Assembly (NCBI RefSeq): GCF_001194135.2 | Contig: NC_068983.1 | Coordinates: 93,016,903-93,080,902, forward strand | DNA length: 64,000 bases | DNA from: Octopus bimaculoides | Lineage: Eukaryota | Direction of reading: 5' to 3' | In this document: piece by piece, positions 24,682-40,216 of the stretch | Layout: the number at the start of each line of letters is the position of its first letter | How positions within the stretch are numbered: position 1 is the first letter of the stretch | The notes under the pieces: model-generated | Database searches by the model: none | Seen by the model: the letters and a program-made list of their open reading frames with translations, nothing else | What the model was told of the DNA's origin: nothing | Program-made: the position numbers and the translations under genes

Positions 24682-27600
24682 CAAAAGTCAAACATAAAAT
24701 AATAATAATAATAATAACAATAGAGATGATGATTACAAATAGGAATTGTTAATCTAATAACTAATCGCTTCTGACAAAGAAATGAGGAAGAACAACAGTT
24801 GAATTACTTGAATGAAAATGTCCTTAGGTCAGAGGGCATCTTTTGTTAAATCTTGTGCACGTGTGGCATTACAAAACGAGTTTGCATTGAAGTGAAACAA
24901 GTAATGCTACAATCATTTAATTTTCATTGTTTAATAACTGTTGCTACTAAATCATTCCTTTTGCAGTACATCCCACACCTATACAATACTTCATACAACT
25001 ATCCACACAAGACAAATGCTGTATACCTACACAAGCACTGACTAACATTACAACTTTACAATATGATGTAAAACTAAATATAAAAGAAAATAGAATTGTG
25101 TGTACAAATAGATGTACAACTGTAACTGTTATGTTTAGAGCTCCACATAGATTTACATAATCCAGTCTGCTTTCTGTATAGTTGTTATGTAACATCTATA
25201 CTGAGTAATATTACTAGTTATGAAATATACAGAACAAATGTAGGAGAGATCAGAATAAATGCAGGTTTATATCGTAATTCCCATGTATGTTTTGTTATTA
25301 TGTTGTTTAGAGTCCTACAATAGGTGTCTCAAATGCTCAACTACAATGGCTTGTCAGGGAACACTTTGTTGTATTAAGTTACAAAAGAAATTCTAAAGTT
25401 TATAAAACAACAATTTTGAAATTGACAACCCTTCATGTTAGAAATGATAATGGAAATGCTGCTACTACCACTGATGAAGATGACAATGCACAACTAATAA
25501 TCTGACAGCCAATCAGAAACTAATTTCAGAACACTGATCAGTTGTGTAATCTAGAAGAATATGCAAAGTTTAAAAAAATATTGTTCTGAATCAGTTTTTT
25601 AAAGAGCAAAGTAAACTAAGGCTTCTAAATAGCTACTTGCAAAAATGTTGTTCATTTTGCTTTGCATTGTTGTCCAGTACAGTAACTGCTGTGCACTAGT
25701 ACTGGGTAACAATAGAAATAACTTCAAGCTCAACATTGAAAGGGGCTTAAAAAGAAAATGACAATGCATTGTAGAAGAGAATCATGCTTTTGAAATATGT
25801 AATTGACGATGAGAATCCAGGGTACAGAATTCTTCCCACTTTTCATGTCGTTTTGCTCAAGTTAGCTCTGATAGAGAAGACCTATGATCAAAGGTATTCC
25901 AGCCATGGCCATCTCATATTTTTGCATACATAGGAATGTGTTATCCAGTGTATACTTCATTTTTCCAAGTTTGGTGTGATTTAAGAGAGATTGGCTTCCA
26001 CTTCTAGCAGGTTGAGCAATAAGCTATAAGATTACTTGCTGGTTTGTAATTTTGCCTATAGGTATTGAACTGCAGAAGTCTATGCAATATTACAAGTTTG
26101 GTAGAGTACTGCAGCTCTCCACACTTAAAAAGAATAAAAATTACAAGTGCAACTATTTTAAAGATTTACAATATCTCAATGTATTTTGATGAAAGTAAAT
26201 TCTTCCCTGAACTGATGGATGATTTAATAGAAAACTTAGTCACATATACATTCAAGATAGTTGACTTTATGAGATTATTATATTATAAAAATTATATTTC
26301 AGAATCATGTTCCTAAACACTTTTTGGCAATGGCAACATTGTAAAATTTAATACATCAAAGATACTGGTCAAGTAGAGAATGACAATCATGAAAATATTT
26401 CTGTCTATGGCCTGCTTTTAAATTTTGTCATTTGAATGCAAGACTCTCACATAGAACACATCATGTCTTCTAGACTTGACAATATTTTCCAGATATATTT
26501 GTGATAAACTGAGACATTTCTAAGGTTCAACTGAATTTCTCATTACTTTCAGTTATATCCAGCATTATGTGGGTTGACATCAATCTCCATACTTTTCTAT
26601 CATTCATCATGCAAATAATATTCTATTTCAATCTGCTTCTGTTGAATATAATATTAATAATTATTATGTTCAGTAGGAAGGTATCAAATACACAATTCTT
26701 CTCTAAAATATTGTCTACCTGGCACAGTGACTTTACTGAATGGACATTTGATGGCACAGTACAGAGGCTTGCATAGTTTACCTGAAGATGTTAAAGGATT
26801 GCAGAAGACTGTATAAGCTGAACAAAGACCAATGAGACAAGAATTAATGTAGTGAAAAAACAGGATTTTAGAAATATCAAAATAAAGGAAAGAATGCACA
26901 CAGAAGGGAGTGAACTTCACTTGATTACATAGAGCAAATGCTTACATTTTCAAAATCTGCAGAAAGAGCTGCTGTTTTAAGATTTTCAGTGTTTGCATGG
27001 CTGCACTGACAAGTAAGAGACTAATCAGAAATTATATCTAACAAATCATGACTAACCACAAATCAGATAAATACTAACTTTAACATCTCTAAAGTAAGCT
27101 GCAGAAATAATCAAGATATTATGAAGAACTAAAACAAATTAAAACCTAGCAATTGGCAGTCAAAAGTATAGGTAAAAGAAATTAAAGAATGCATTATGCA
27201 ATCAAATAAATAAACAGTAATAACTGACGAATTTAAGATTGTAGCTGTAAATATCTTAATAAACAAGCTAGTGGGGAAAATTAAATGAGAAAATTTAAAT
27301 CTCATGAATATTTTAACAAATCTTAGAAAACATGAATAAACAGTTAAACCAAAAAATTATAATAGTGATTTACACTATATTTAAATGGAAAAACAAATTT
27401 GGGAACTCATAATCCTGTAGAATATTGTAAATGAACTGATGATGAAACAGAAAAAAAACAAAAAAAAACAAGTGGAATATATGCTATCATCTATACAATT
27501 AGAGAACTAAACAGGATTCTCAAAAGCTGTGAATTATTTTAAACCATGTGATTTCTTTTTTCATATATGCTTTGCAATTTACAATTGTACACTAATTAAA

Positions 27601-30600
27601 AATGCTATTTTGCATGTACAGTGAAATTTAATTTCAATAATCAGAATGATTGATATAAAATAATTGTTATTAATAAAGAGCTTTATGTGACTAGAAATTA
27701 TAAATCTGTTCAAAATTGTCTACTTTGAAATTTAAAATCATAAACAAGTGAATGCAAATAAATGTCTAAGTTGAAGTGGCAAAATTTTAATCATATCTGT
27801 AATCGATATATTGCGTTTTGCTTTAAATCTACCCCAATAAACCATCTTATAAATGAGGAGACTCACTGAATCAAAATATTGTTATTTTCATTTTTTCTCC
27901 TTTCCAAAACTACAATAAGTTGTAGCATTTCCTATATCATTAGGATTCTGAATATAACAAAAGAATAACTAATTAAAATTCAATTCCATGATCAATTATT
28001 TTGGTTAACAATTACATGAAACACTAGATAAATGAGAGTATTAAAATGGTGATTTCCCAGAAATTTGAAGAACCTATGAAATATTCAATAATCTAAAAGA
28101 TTCCCTCAAATTTCAATCACTCACTAACAGCATGCCATTGTTAAGAAAAATGGAGAAACATGAGAATTTCGCAAAGAATTTTATTGTCAAAATGGCTGAA
28201 TGTCAGAAATGACGGAAGCTCTATTATTACATATAACAATCCACGGCTAAAGCATACAAAAATTTTTCTCTAATATTGTCATGAACTGCAGACCCCTCCA
28301 ATTCATGCTAATGTGGGGAAAATGGATGTGGAAATGATATGATGGATTCAAACACTTTTTTCTTTTTAGATGATATTCAAACACAAAAAAGCAGATTGCA
28401 TGTTTTATTTGTAATCAGCGAGTTGCTGAATCCAAGTGGATCATGGTCAGAAAAATTGATCTGTTATATGGTGATGGCAGTGGTATGGCAATAAGATGAT
28501 GGTAATTTGTTGATACTGTATGATGATAATGGTGTTGATGGTGGTAGTTACCACCCTCAACATATCACAGTGACAGATGAAGAGAAAAGGGAATAAAAAA
28601 AGGAAGTAAAAAAGACAAACAGAGAAAAAGGAGAAATAAAACAGGAGGGGTGAATATGACGCATAAATGTGGAAGTAGAATCTGAAGGATAGCTTCGAAG
28701 ATTTGAGTTGATAAAGTATTTGACTATATGAAGCATCAGTCACTTTCAGGATGTGAGGGATAATGACAACATTCTGGTGAATGTATGGTGACAATGGATG
28801 AGTTAGGCTGTATGTCGGGCAATGATAGATGATAGGAGGTGGAAAATATTTAAGCCAATGAATACTAGTAATGAGATAGAACAGATTCAAAAGAACTAAG
28901 GATTACAGAAGAATTGTACCAGATTTGAACTGGTTTAAATTTGAAGAAGATCAATCATTAGTCAAGACAAATAAAGATACATTTATAAAGGCCAGTAATT
29001 TATATCAAAATATATTTTAGATCTATCTTGCAAGGGAAATCTATTCTTTGAGTTGGGAAGAAGACAGAAAAAAATAAATAAAAGAAAAAGATGAATGTCT
29101 TTGTATTGAATTCTTACTTGATATTTCTCTAAGAGTTGGTTACCATATTAACAAAACTGTTCTAGATTTACATTAGAATATTAACAGTGAGACAATCACG
29201 ATTCTCAAGTAATATAGACAGCTTGGAAAAGTCAGCATGCATGACAGAGGAGATCTATTGATTCATAACAATGGGATGGCAGGAGAGAAAATTATTTAAT
29301 AAACCATAAATATATATAAAAAAAAAAAAGAGTCAAATATTCATTCAGCCTCTTATATTTAATCTTTCAATATCAAAAAAGGAGTTTCTTTGATCTGCAC
29401 TGTGGGACCAATGAAAATATCGTAATACAACAAGAATAAATGTCCAAATATTGGAAAAGTTGATGGATAAGGGCAAGATGAATAGATTTCCACATACACA
29501 CACGCACATTTATATGGATGTATGTGGAAATATATATGTACCTGAGTATAAATGCAAACACATATGTGTGCGTGTGTGTGTACCTGGGTATATATAAGTG
29601 CATATAAGTTCCATGACCCAAATGATTTTCAGTTTCAACATAGTTATTAGAAAGTCAGCCACCTGATCAGTTACTACTAGGGTGAACATGCAAGCCAAAT
29701 GCAATTTATGCTCAGCAGGAAATGGGACAGGTAACTGGCTGTAAAATATATGTCTTGTCATTAAAAAATCTATAACTAAATACAGACTAATGAGTAGTAA
29801 GATCATGATAAGAGCTTGATTGTTTCAAAGACAGAAGACAAACTAGAGAGGAAGGGTATGGAAAATTAAAATCCTTTTTGCCATTTGTAAATCTAAAGAA
29901 AAGATGGGTGAAAGAACTATGACAGAGAACAATACAAGATCTATTGAGAACCACAGAGTACCTAATATTCTACAAGCTTGTTTAAAGGAAGGCTGTCAGA
30001 GTTGGAGGATTTTGTATAAGATGTGTATGAGTAGTTAGTAGTGAGAGCATTCATGAAATGAGCATAGAAAGCACACTAAAGGTAGCTTCCATGGGTACTT
30101 AATTGGCCATGGAAATAGGTATTGAGAAAGCATAAAAGAATAAGAACGGGATAGAAAAAGTTCAGAGAGCTACTACTTCTGTTGGCAACAAAGGGATTCC
30201 CTCTTCAACTGGAAGGACTCGTGTCAGGATTCATGCATTTATTTCATACAATTAGATAATCTTGCAAGCATTTACATATTTGGATCCCTATATTTATAAA
30301 TCTGTACCACTACAATCATGTCATTGCTTTAGATTTGGGGTTTTGCAATGCTGAATTGTCTGTGTGTTTTGTACATTTGTAATTTTGGAAACCAGATTCT
30401 TAGTTCTTGAATCTGTATTTCTTTAGTTTGCAATTTCTATATTTTCCTATTTTTGCATTATCAAAGTTGTTGAATCTGGTATTCATTCACTGTTGCATGT
30501 CTGCATGGACAGACACAATGGACAGATGTGTAATAACTAAGCACACACCTAGGGTATATCTAACCACTGAATGGTCTGTGGGTACTTCAACAACATATAC

Positions 30601-31539
30601 AAGAATTTCTTGTGTGTATCTCTAAATACGCAAGGTTAAGCAGATGTCCATGTGTATGTGTGCATATATAGGTATGTGTGTGTCTCTATGTGTACACATT
30701 AACTCAGTGGAAGATACATTCATTATTTTTATATGAATAAAGAGTATGTGCATGTGGGCAGCTGCGTATGAGTGCATACAAACACACATGGTGATTGTTC
30801 CGTCTTCATACAAGATTGTCATCTTGTACTTCCTTGTCATCAATGGCATTTCCAAGCTTCCATCCATGACCACTCAGATGACTATTCAAGACCCATTGCA
30901 AACTGGCATAATTTGAACCATATGCATATATGTACACATGTGTCTGTATCCAGCCATTTATGTTTATATTATGCAAATTCCAGCCTCCATCACTTCTATT
31001 GTTTCAGTATACCAATCAATATTGTCTTTGTCATCTTCTCTGAGATGCAGTATCTTTAGATCAGTCTCCAGCACCTCGGAATACCTGTCACTTTCTTAGG
31101 CTGATTGCAGCATAAGCAAGTGACAGGTATTTCAAGGTAGTAAAAATTCTGGAAAAGGGAGACTGTGGAAGACTTAAGAAAAAGTGCTGGAGACTGTCAT
31201 CTTCTCTGAGATACAGTATCTTCAGATCAAAGACAATACTGATTCAAGTATCTCAGTTAGAGAACAAGCAACATGCAAACTGCCCTTCACTCTGAAGGAG
31301 ATCTTTGTTGCCAACAGGTAACAGCTCCACTCTTATTCTGGTTACTCTACTCTAGTAACCACCACCTTCACTGTTAATTACCACCATCAAATAATAGAAG
31401 CTATCAACTACTTCTTGTCAGCCTATTCTGCATTCATAGCTTATACTGGGTACAGCTATGGAGTTCCTATGTAGTCTTTTTCATATTGAGTCTGGCCATT
31501 TCCATAGCCATAGAAGAGTTTTGCTTTCATACTTAATAA

Positions 31540-31990
31540 TACCTCAATCTTTGCTTAATTTGCCTTAAAACCTCTAATTTCTAGATTTTGATTTAACGCC
31601 TGGAATTTCTTTTCTAATTCTGCAATACATACTAGATCATCAGTATATAGGAGTTCCCCTAGACAGTCAGTCAAACTCCTTTGTGATGACCTGCAGGATT
31701 ATAACGAATATCAGTGGGCAGAAGATTGGGTCTTGATGGGCACTTACTTTCACATTTAATTTATTGCTGAACTGAAGAAGCTTAAATATCATCAATCAAT
31801 GTGCTTAATATATCAGCAAAATCTCTTTCAACAAACAACCTACCACCTTTTAAATAAGGAAATAGGTTTCAGAACCTAACTCTTGACTTATTATACCCTA
31901 CAATAACTACAGCATGGTTGCAACAGAAAATAATAGCTTTCTCAGTTGAGTACAGATCTGTCCCATGTTTCACTAAGAAAAATATAGTGT
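31540..31990 (-). mobile_element. Old RTE RT remnant
   Basis: Minus strand reads GELLYTDDLVCIAELEKKFQA, homologous to the LLYADDL...LEKKFQVW motif of the younger RTE copies. Confidence 0.6.
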
Positions 31991-33565
31991 ATGCTCCAAA
32001 AAGTAAAACTGTTTGACCTTGAAAAGTGTTAGGAATAGCAATGATTATAAATCTTTTTACTTTTCAGATTTTGCTTTATAAATCTAACCTGAATGGTTAA
32101 TACAATAGAAGTTTTGGCTGGTTAAACTTCATAATGGACCATGCTAAAGTTGACATAACAATGACCTAATGTTACATATGATAAAGCCAAAGCTGGAATT
32201 AAATTTGTGCCATTTATAGCATTTCATAATATCTAATGTTATTTCATAATATCTGAGACAATGAAACATAAAATAACATGGAACACTATAACATGGTCTG
32301 AAGCTATAAAAGCATGTAATGAGGCTGTCAAAAAGATCTGGTTATGAAACTTAATAATAGAGCTGGGATAAAACAAGGAAATTTTTCATGCAAGGTAATT
32401 AAGATTGAAAACAGATTGAATCAAAGAGTAGACATGAGAGAAGATGTAACAGATTTGTTAACCTACATGGAATCCAATATGAAACAACATGTAAAATATG
32501 ATAAGGAAGTTGAGGGAGGTAATGAGGAATAGTGCTGATATTAAAATATATACACAAACATAAAAAAAAAAGAATCCACATCGTTAATATCAAAATATAA
32601 GTGTTATGATTAGTGTCATTGTGTAAACCTTTGAAGAAGTCAAGCAGAAATAAGTGGAACATAATAAATGAGACTCAAAGAGTAACATAATGACCATGTT
32701 CAACTAATGAAAGTTTATATGCTTGTAAGGCTCAAGAAGTCAATTTAACCAAGCAAGTCTTATTAATTCTTCATCCATGCTCCCATACTTGTTTGGTTGA
32801 GTTAATTTTGCATTGGATTAATATTTTTTACAGTTGGATGCTCCTTCCTCTTACTACACTTCCACCAGTAAAAATGGAACTCTTTTTTTTGTGTTAGTTA
32901 GGAACACTACAGTGAGAGCAGTTAAAAGCTTTGCTTAAAGACATAGAACAATGCCTGTAGTAAGATTTAGATTTGTGACCAATTTGGTTAGTAGCTTACT
33001 ACTTAATCACAGTTACTGTACCCATATTTTAACTGTATTTTTGATATAGAATAAAGAACTTCAAACTGAAGGGTATTTTTCTACACAATTGGCATGTATG
33101 TGTGTGTGTATATATATATGTCCACTAAATGTTACAAATACAAGTGCTAATTCTATCCATGGTTGCTCATCTGCTAGATATAGCAACTAAATCTTCAAAT
33201 GACACTACCATTTAAAAAAAAAAGAAAAAACTTAGCAAAAAAAGACCCCCTCCCCAACTTCCCCAGTATTCTGTTCAACCATCAACCATTCCTCAATATG
33301 CTTTGCCATCTGTAAAAATATCTCTGAGCATTTGCTTATATTTCTCCTCTCTAATTTCACATTTTTAAAAATGAAGGACTTCAATTCAAAACACTGACCT
33401 TATCGCTTTCTTTTTAGCAGCATAAAGTTAATTACCTTGTAATACTCTTATTTATGTTCTCATTCTAGAAATCTTTCTGTATTTCACTAGCACACTGATG
33501 CAGATTTTAACTCTAAATTACATTGAATTGGATTCACATATAAAAGTAACATTAATATATAGTAT

Positions 33566-36295
33566 CATCATTATCAAATGTCTTGTCCATGCTGGTATGG
33601 GTTGGCTGGTTTGACTGGGCTGGCATGCTGCACGAGACTCCAGTCTGATTTGGCATGATTTTCTATGGCTGGATGCCCTTCCCAATGCCAACCACTCCAA
33701 GAGTGTAACGGGTGCTTTTACATGCCACCAGCATGAGTGCCAATTTGTGTGACACCAGTATCTGTCACAACTGTGATTTTGCTTGGCTTGATGGGTCTTC
33801 TTAAGCATGACAATGCCAAAGGTCTCAGTCATTGCATCTGTGAAGCTCAACACTTGAAAGGAACTCAGCCACTTTGTCTCCGTGAGGCCCAACACTCGAA
33901 AGGTGTTCTTTACATGCCAACAGCATGGGTGTACTTGGTTTGACAAGTCTTCTCAAGCACAGCACATCGCCAAAGGTCTCGGTCACTAGTCATTGCCTCT
34001 GTGAGGCTCAAATTTGGAAAATCATGCTTCACCACCTCGTTCCATGTCTTCCTGGGTTTACTTCTACCACATGTTCCCTCCACAGTTACAGATCAGTACT
34101 TCTTTACACAGCTGTCCTCATCCATATGCATCACATGACTATACCAGTGCAGTTGTCTCTCTTGTACACCACATCTGATGCCTCTTATGCCTAACTTTTC
34201 TCTCAAGATGCTTACACTCTGTTGAATGTGCACACTGACATTGCACATCCAACGAAGCATACTGGCTTCACTTCTTTCAAGCCTCAGCATGTCCCTGGCT
34301 GTCACAGCCCATGTTTCATTGCCATGCAGTGTAGCTGTTTGCATACAGGCATCAAACAATCTGCCTTTCACTCTGAGAGAGAGAGAGGCCCTTTGTTGCC
34401 AGCAGAGGTAGGAGCACTCTGAACTTTGCCCATCCTAATCTTATTCTCACAGCTGTGCTCTCAGAGCATCCACCTCCACTACTAACCTTGGTCACCTCGA
34501 TAACGGAAGCTATCTACTACCTCTAGCTTGTTCCCCTAGCAGTTGATGGAGTCTATTTTCTTCCCTTTTTCAGCATTTATTGTACCTGTACATCTTCCAC
34601 TTACAAAAACTAGTTTTCTTATTAACCTTCCTCTGATATTGCTGCACCCTTTATTGTCCAAAGCTTACAGCAGGTGCACCTTATGGAGTTTCTACCTACA
34701 CCTCTTCTACAGATTGAGCAGGGCCATCTACCTGAAGGGATTTGTGATTTGTCTGCCTTCCTACTTACTAAAACTTTGGTTTTTGCTAGGTTAACTCTAA
34801 GGCCCTTTGATTCTAGACCTTGCTTCCATACCTGGAACTTCTTCTCTAGTTCAGGTAGTGATTCAGCTATAAGAACAAGGTCATCAGCATAGAGGAGCTC
34901 CCAGGAGCATCCTATCTTGAATTCCTCCGTTATTGCCTGGAGGACTATGAAGAATGAGAGGGGGCTGAGCACCGATCTATGGTGAACCACTACTTGTATC
35001 CTGAATTCTTCGCTGTACTCATTGCCAACTCTCACCTTACTGGTAGCATCCCTGTACATAGCTTGTACAGCTCTCACCAACCACTCATCTATCCCTAGTT
35101 TCTGCATTGACCACCAGATAAAGGATTGGAGGAACCTGTCAAAAGCTTTCTCCAAGTCAACAAAGGCCAAGTACAGAGGTTTATCCTTGGCTATGTATTT
35201 CTCCTGCAATTGCCTCATCAGAAATATAACATCAGTGGTGCTTCTCCCTGATACAAAACCAAACTGCATCTCATCTAAGCTAACTCTGTTCCTAATTAGT
35301 TGGGCTATGACCCTCTCCGTAACTTTCATCACCTGATCCAGCAATTTGATACCTCTGTAGTTATTTCTAACTAAGGTATCACCTTTACCTTTGTGGCAGT
35401 TGATTATGGTGCTGCTACACCAGTCATTGGGTATGACTCCTTCATGAACCATCTGATTTACAATACAGGGTACTAGACCATTATCCATACTGCCAGATAT
35501 TTTAAGCATCCTAGCAGAGATTCCAGATGGGCCATGGACTTTTCCTGTCTTCTTATCCTTAATTGCTTTATCTACCATGGAACTGTCGATTTGGGTAGCT
35601 GGTCCCTCAGTTGGGTCAACATTTGACAGACTCACCTTCTCCCACTCATTCTCTATGTTCGGCAGTCTTTCATAATGGCATTACCAAGCCTCTTTCTTTG
35701 CACAATCATTACATGCAAGTGTACCATTGTCCATACAGACACATTTCTCTCCTATGACATCATGATTTTCTCTTACACACAGCCTTGCAATCTGAAACAC
35801 TTCAGTTCTTTGGTCCTCATGTCATTGAACATAGGCAAACTTCTTTTCTGCTTCTCCCTTGGTTAGATATACTTGTCTCCTAGCATCCCTTCTGGTAATC
35901 TGATACAATACCCTGCTACCCCCATTCTTCCAGGATTTCCAGGCCTGTTTCTCAGCTCTAATGGCCCTGCCTACTGCATTGTTCCACCACTATGTTACCC
36001 TGGGTACTGTTGGGACTTTGCACCAGCCACAGATTTGGTGTGTGGCACTGAACAAGTTGTCCCTCAGGAATTCCCAGTTGCTCTCTATGTCACAAGTCTG
36101 TAGCTCCTCCTCCTTTTCATCAAATTTCTCATTTAGGATGTCCCTAAATCTCTCATCATATGAAGGGTCCTTAAGCTTCCAAATCCTTCTTTTCCAGATT
36201 GGTTTACTTCTTGGCATCCTTCTGGCCTGGATTCTAAAGTCATTAATGACTTGTCTGTGCTGGGGGTACATTCTTCACCAGGGAGGGTCTTTGTA
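33566..36295 (-). mobile_element. RTE-clade LINE, 5'-truncated within the APE/linker region
   Basis: 337-aa ORF 34622-35635 with RT motifs (NYRGIKLLDQVMKV, FGFVSGRSTTDVIF, AFVDLEKAFD, LLYADDLVLIA), plus downstream fragments and a 3' tail ending at ~33566. Confidence 0.93.
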
Positions 36296-37509
36296 TCAAG
36301 GAGCAACAATGCAACCTGCTGTTTCTTATTTCATCACTTTAATGGAGCCAAACAGTCTATCTAATTTTTAAAAGAATAAAAATCTAGTAGACTTAGATAT
36401 TTTAGCAACTGTTCTTTTTGGCTCTCCAGGCCAGCCTTTATCTAGCAAACATAAAATCAAAAGTCTTCTACCCAAGACTATCCTCTTTTATTTTCAGACA
36501 CAACCAATCAAAGATTACATTATGTTCTCTCTTTTTTAAGGCATCAAAATGCAATTTGAAATAGGTTTAGTTGTTATATCTAGCATGTGGAGCAACAATA
36601 AAGAGGCTTACCAGTTGACATATGAATAGAAATGAATGATTAAAAGTCATAGATATTTTCATTCATATACTTAGTACTTCAGTTCATGAAACTCCAAACT
36701 TAAAAGATTCTTTCACCAAATGATCGAAACAGTTAAAGAGGACAGATTTACCACATCAGTACAAATTACTTGACCTTGAAGAAAACTTTTATTGCCAAGA
36801 GCAGCAATGATATGAAGTCTGTTCATTTCATAAATTTTGTGAGCTTTACCAACAATTCATATGAAGAATTCTTAACATAAATACCAATCATTAAACCTAA
36901 ACCATTCACATTTTAATTTTCTTGACAAATAAAGAATAAAAACAAAGAAAAGAAAACATTGCACACCAGTGTCTCATCAACTATGTGTCACTAAGCAACC
37001 AACAGGAGTTTCATTACTGAAATGTCTTTCCTTTTTTGTATTTTTATTCTCAGTTCATTCTATTACTGGAATGTTCAACGATCAAACAAGATTTCCAATA
37101 TAAAAAAAATGGCTATAAAAAAATTCTCAAGTTTAAATCAAAGTTCTTTTTATTTGCTTTTTATTGAAGCATTAAAAATAATTTATAAACAAAATTAATT
37201 TTAGTTTTCTGTTTATATTTTTTAATCTTTCAATATACATATCTAAAGTCCAATGTAGAAAGAAATTAACTTAATTCAGTACCAAACCTACTATAAACAA
37301 AAAAATATGTAGGTGAATGACTCTTTGTTACTGCTACAGTCTTAGATGTACTCTCATTGGGGAAACCTATTAATCACTGGTATTCAAAAATGGACCATTC
37401 TGTCATTTTTTTTTCAGGCTTTATTTACATTATATTTTCTGTTTTATTACAGTGAATCTCTTTCTTTATCACCCTTTCGCTCACTTTCCTCAAATCTTTC
37501 ACAGAAGAC

Positions 37510-37870
37510 TCTTTTACAATAAAATACTGCTCGTACATTTGGGGCACTCTGGACTACACCGAGAGAAGGACAGCTTAACTGATTTGCATTCAATCACATT
37601 CCAGCTTCTGGACCAGTCATGCTGTCTCCTCTCTCTCTCCCTCTTCTATGCTACTATAATGGCCTATACTCCCCAGAGATGACTGCCCTCATACACCTAC
37701 CACTCATGCACTTCAAATCCTCTCATCTTTCCACCTTGCACTAAGCACTATATTCAATGTTCCTCTCTAGAACATTAGTCTTCCCTATTTATGTCTTTCC
37801 TGCAGGTGATGACTTGCATCAGTTTAAGCAAAATATTAATGACATCAAACTAATTGATTTTGGAAGGCCT
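37510..37870 (+). mobile_element. CR1/L2-group LINE 3' remnant
   Basis: YCSYIWG..., SLSLFY..., FLSRT...VFPAGDDLHQFKQNIND resemble the RT C-terminal region of L2/Crack-type LINEs; frameshifted. Confidence 0.55.
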
Positions 37871-38710
37871 ACTAAGTCATGGACACTACCCCTTCCTCTA
37901 CACTCAGCAAGTAAAAATATAAATTTTCTTCTTATAAGAAGAAAAATGAATAAACATTTACATATTTGTCTTGCACAAATCACATTTCCTGAACACCACA
38001 ATTGAAGTTGTATGTACAAATAACAGCCAACCTCTCTCAAATCACACTTTACAGTCTTAAAAAGAGAAAGAAACACTAGCAATGTAGTCTTCAATACATT
38101 ATGCTTGAAAAAAAAAAATGGTCACAATTGAAACATTATTGACCTTTCAATCAAGGTGGGCCTGAATCTAAACAACAATTATAGTATTTATCACACAAGA
38201 AAAATACTAAGCTTAAAATCAATATTAAGTGTTTCCTCACAAAGAACGATACCTGTATTTTTATAGAAGACAATTTAAGAGTGGGACATTTGATTCCCTA
38301 ACAACATGCAAAGTACATTAGATAATATGAAATAGGTTATGTTTGAACAATGACAAGATAGTCAAGGGCTGGATCATCTTTCCTCATGTTTGTAACCATA
38401 TCCCAAGATTATCATCTTCAGATGTCATTTCTGTAAATTACTAGTGTTGATCTGGGTTCTTGACCTTTATCTAATTTAGAAGTATCTTACTCCATCTCAC
38501 AGCCACACATATGAATACATACAACATAAAAGCACATAAAACAACACACAACTCATGCACAACAGTCACATGTGCAGCACAAACAAGCCATAAATATCAC
38601 AGACACATACATAAGAACAGAAGCATAACAGTACATACACACTGCACACAAACTCAGCAGCATGCACAATCACATCAGGCAGGCAGGCACATACACACAC
38701 ACACACACAC

Positions 38711-38747
<37 letters not shown>

Positions 38748-38859
38748 TACACACACAATTACCAACTAAAAATCAATGTATTAAATAAGATTTGAATATT
38801 TCATAGACTTTCTTTTTTTCATATGGTAGTTTTAAAAAATCAATATTGTGAACCCAGAG

Positions 38860-39215
38860 TTGATAATGTTATCAACAAATGGTGTGAGTTGATAGCTGAT
38901 ATGTGGAATAAGTGACATTATTAACATGATCAAAATCCATTATTGAAAATGTTAGCATCATAAAATTTGGTGTAGGTGGACACTGGATTAATTGTATTAT
39001 ATAATAAATAAGTGGCAGTAGTAATGATTTTTAAAACCCAGTGTTATTAACGTTAGCACCAAAAATGATGAGAGTGTGGAGAGATGTATTAAATAAATGA
39101 CAGTATTAGCTCATCTAGAACCCAGTTTTGATAATATCAGCATCAGTGATATTTTATTAATGGTGTAGTTGGACAGTGGAAATGATGTATTAAATATAAG
39201 TGACATTAGCAATGA
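38860..39215. repeat. Ancient degenerate minisatellite (~75-110-bp units, ~4 copies)
   Basis: Recurring AACCCAG..TGATAAT, TTAGCATCA, TGGTGTAG-TGGACA-TGGA, ATGTATTA, AAGTGACATTA. Confidence 0.55.
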
Positions 39216-40216
39216 CTTCAACATATTTTATAAACAGAAAGAGAGTAAAATCTACTTAATAATCAAAAACTTGAGAAAATATATTTATCCAAAATTCTGT
39301 TTTAAGAAGCCATAAATGTGAACTGAAATATTTACTGAAAAATACTTCAGTTTAGAAATCAGCCTCATTAGTTATTATTACATGTTAATACATATACACA
39401 CAACCATATAAACACATACACGTACTTACAAATATACATGTATGTAAGCAAAGTAGACACACACACACATACAAAGAGTTATTAACGAGTTTTTAATGAG
39501 GGATTATCAATCTGGATCTGAACAAAATATTTTATAAGCTCTTTGTTAATACACCATGCCGACAAATTATTATAGATTATTAAAGAGCACCACATATTCT
39601 GGCAGAGTCTGAGGTTATAGTTCATCACCATTCTATACTGTAAATGCATGGCTGTATTCCCAGTTAGATCCTTTACACAGAGTGATATATAAGACAAAGT
39701 GTAAGTAATGGTCATTACACACTCTTTTATTGTAGTAAATTTGACTTACAGCTGTTTCCAATAGTCATTATAGGTTCATTATTAATAGATTTACTCAATC
39801 AGTCCATTGACTGGTTGAAAAAAAAATGAATGACCTAGAGAATGAATTCTACCCTAATCAGAGTAATGGTATTCTGGTGAAAACCAGGCAGAACAATGAT
39901 AAATGAATGATTCAGGCATGGGAATGGGAGCAAAGAGAGGCCATAAGTATAAGGTGAATGGAAGAGAGATCAAGAGAAAAGAGAAAGAGAAGTGATGAGC
40001 TGGAAAAGAACTAAAGGGAAAACAAAGAAAGAGAATGATTAGAGTAGGAGAGGCATAGAATGGAAAAATGAAGACAGGAAGGGACAACTTTGGAAATATG
40101 TGGAAAATGCACACACTGATTCTAAGAGGAAACAAAATGTAGATGCAGTGTGACAGTAGCTGCTGAACAATGATCTTTTTTGGAAATGACAGAGGATTGT
40201 AAGGCAGCTGACCTGG

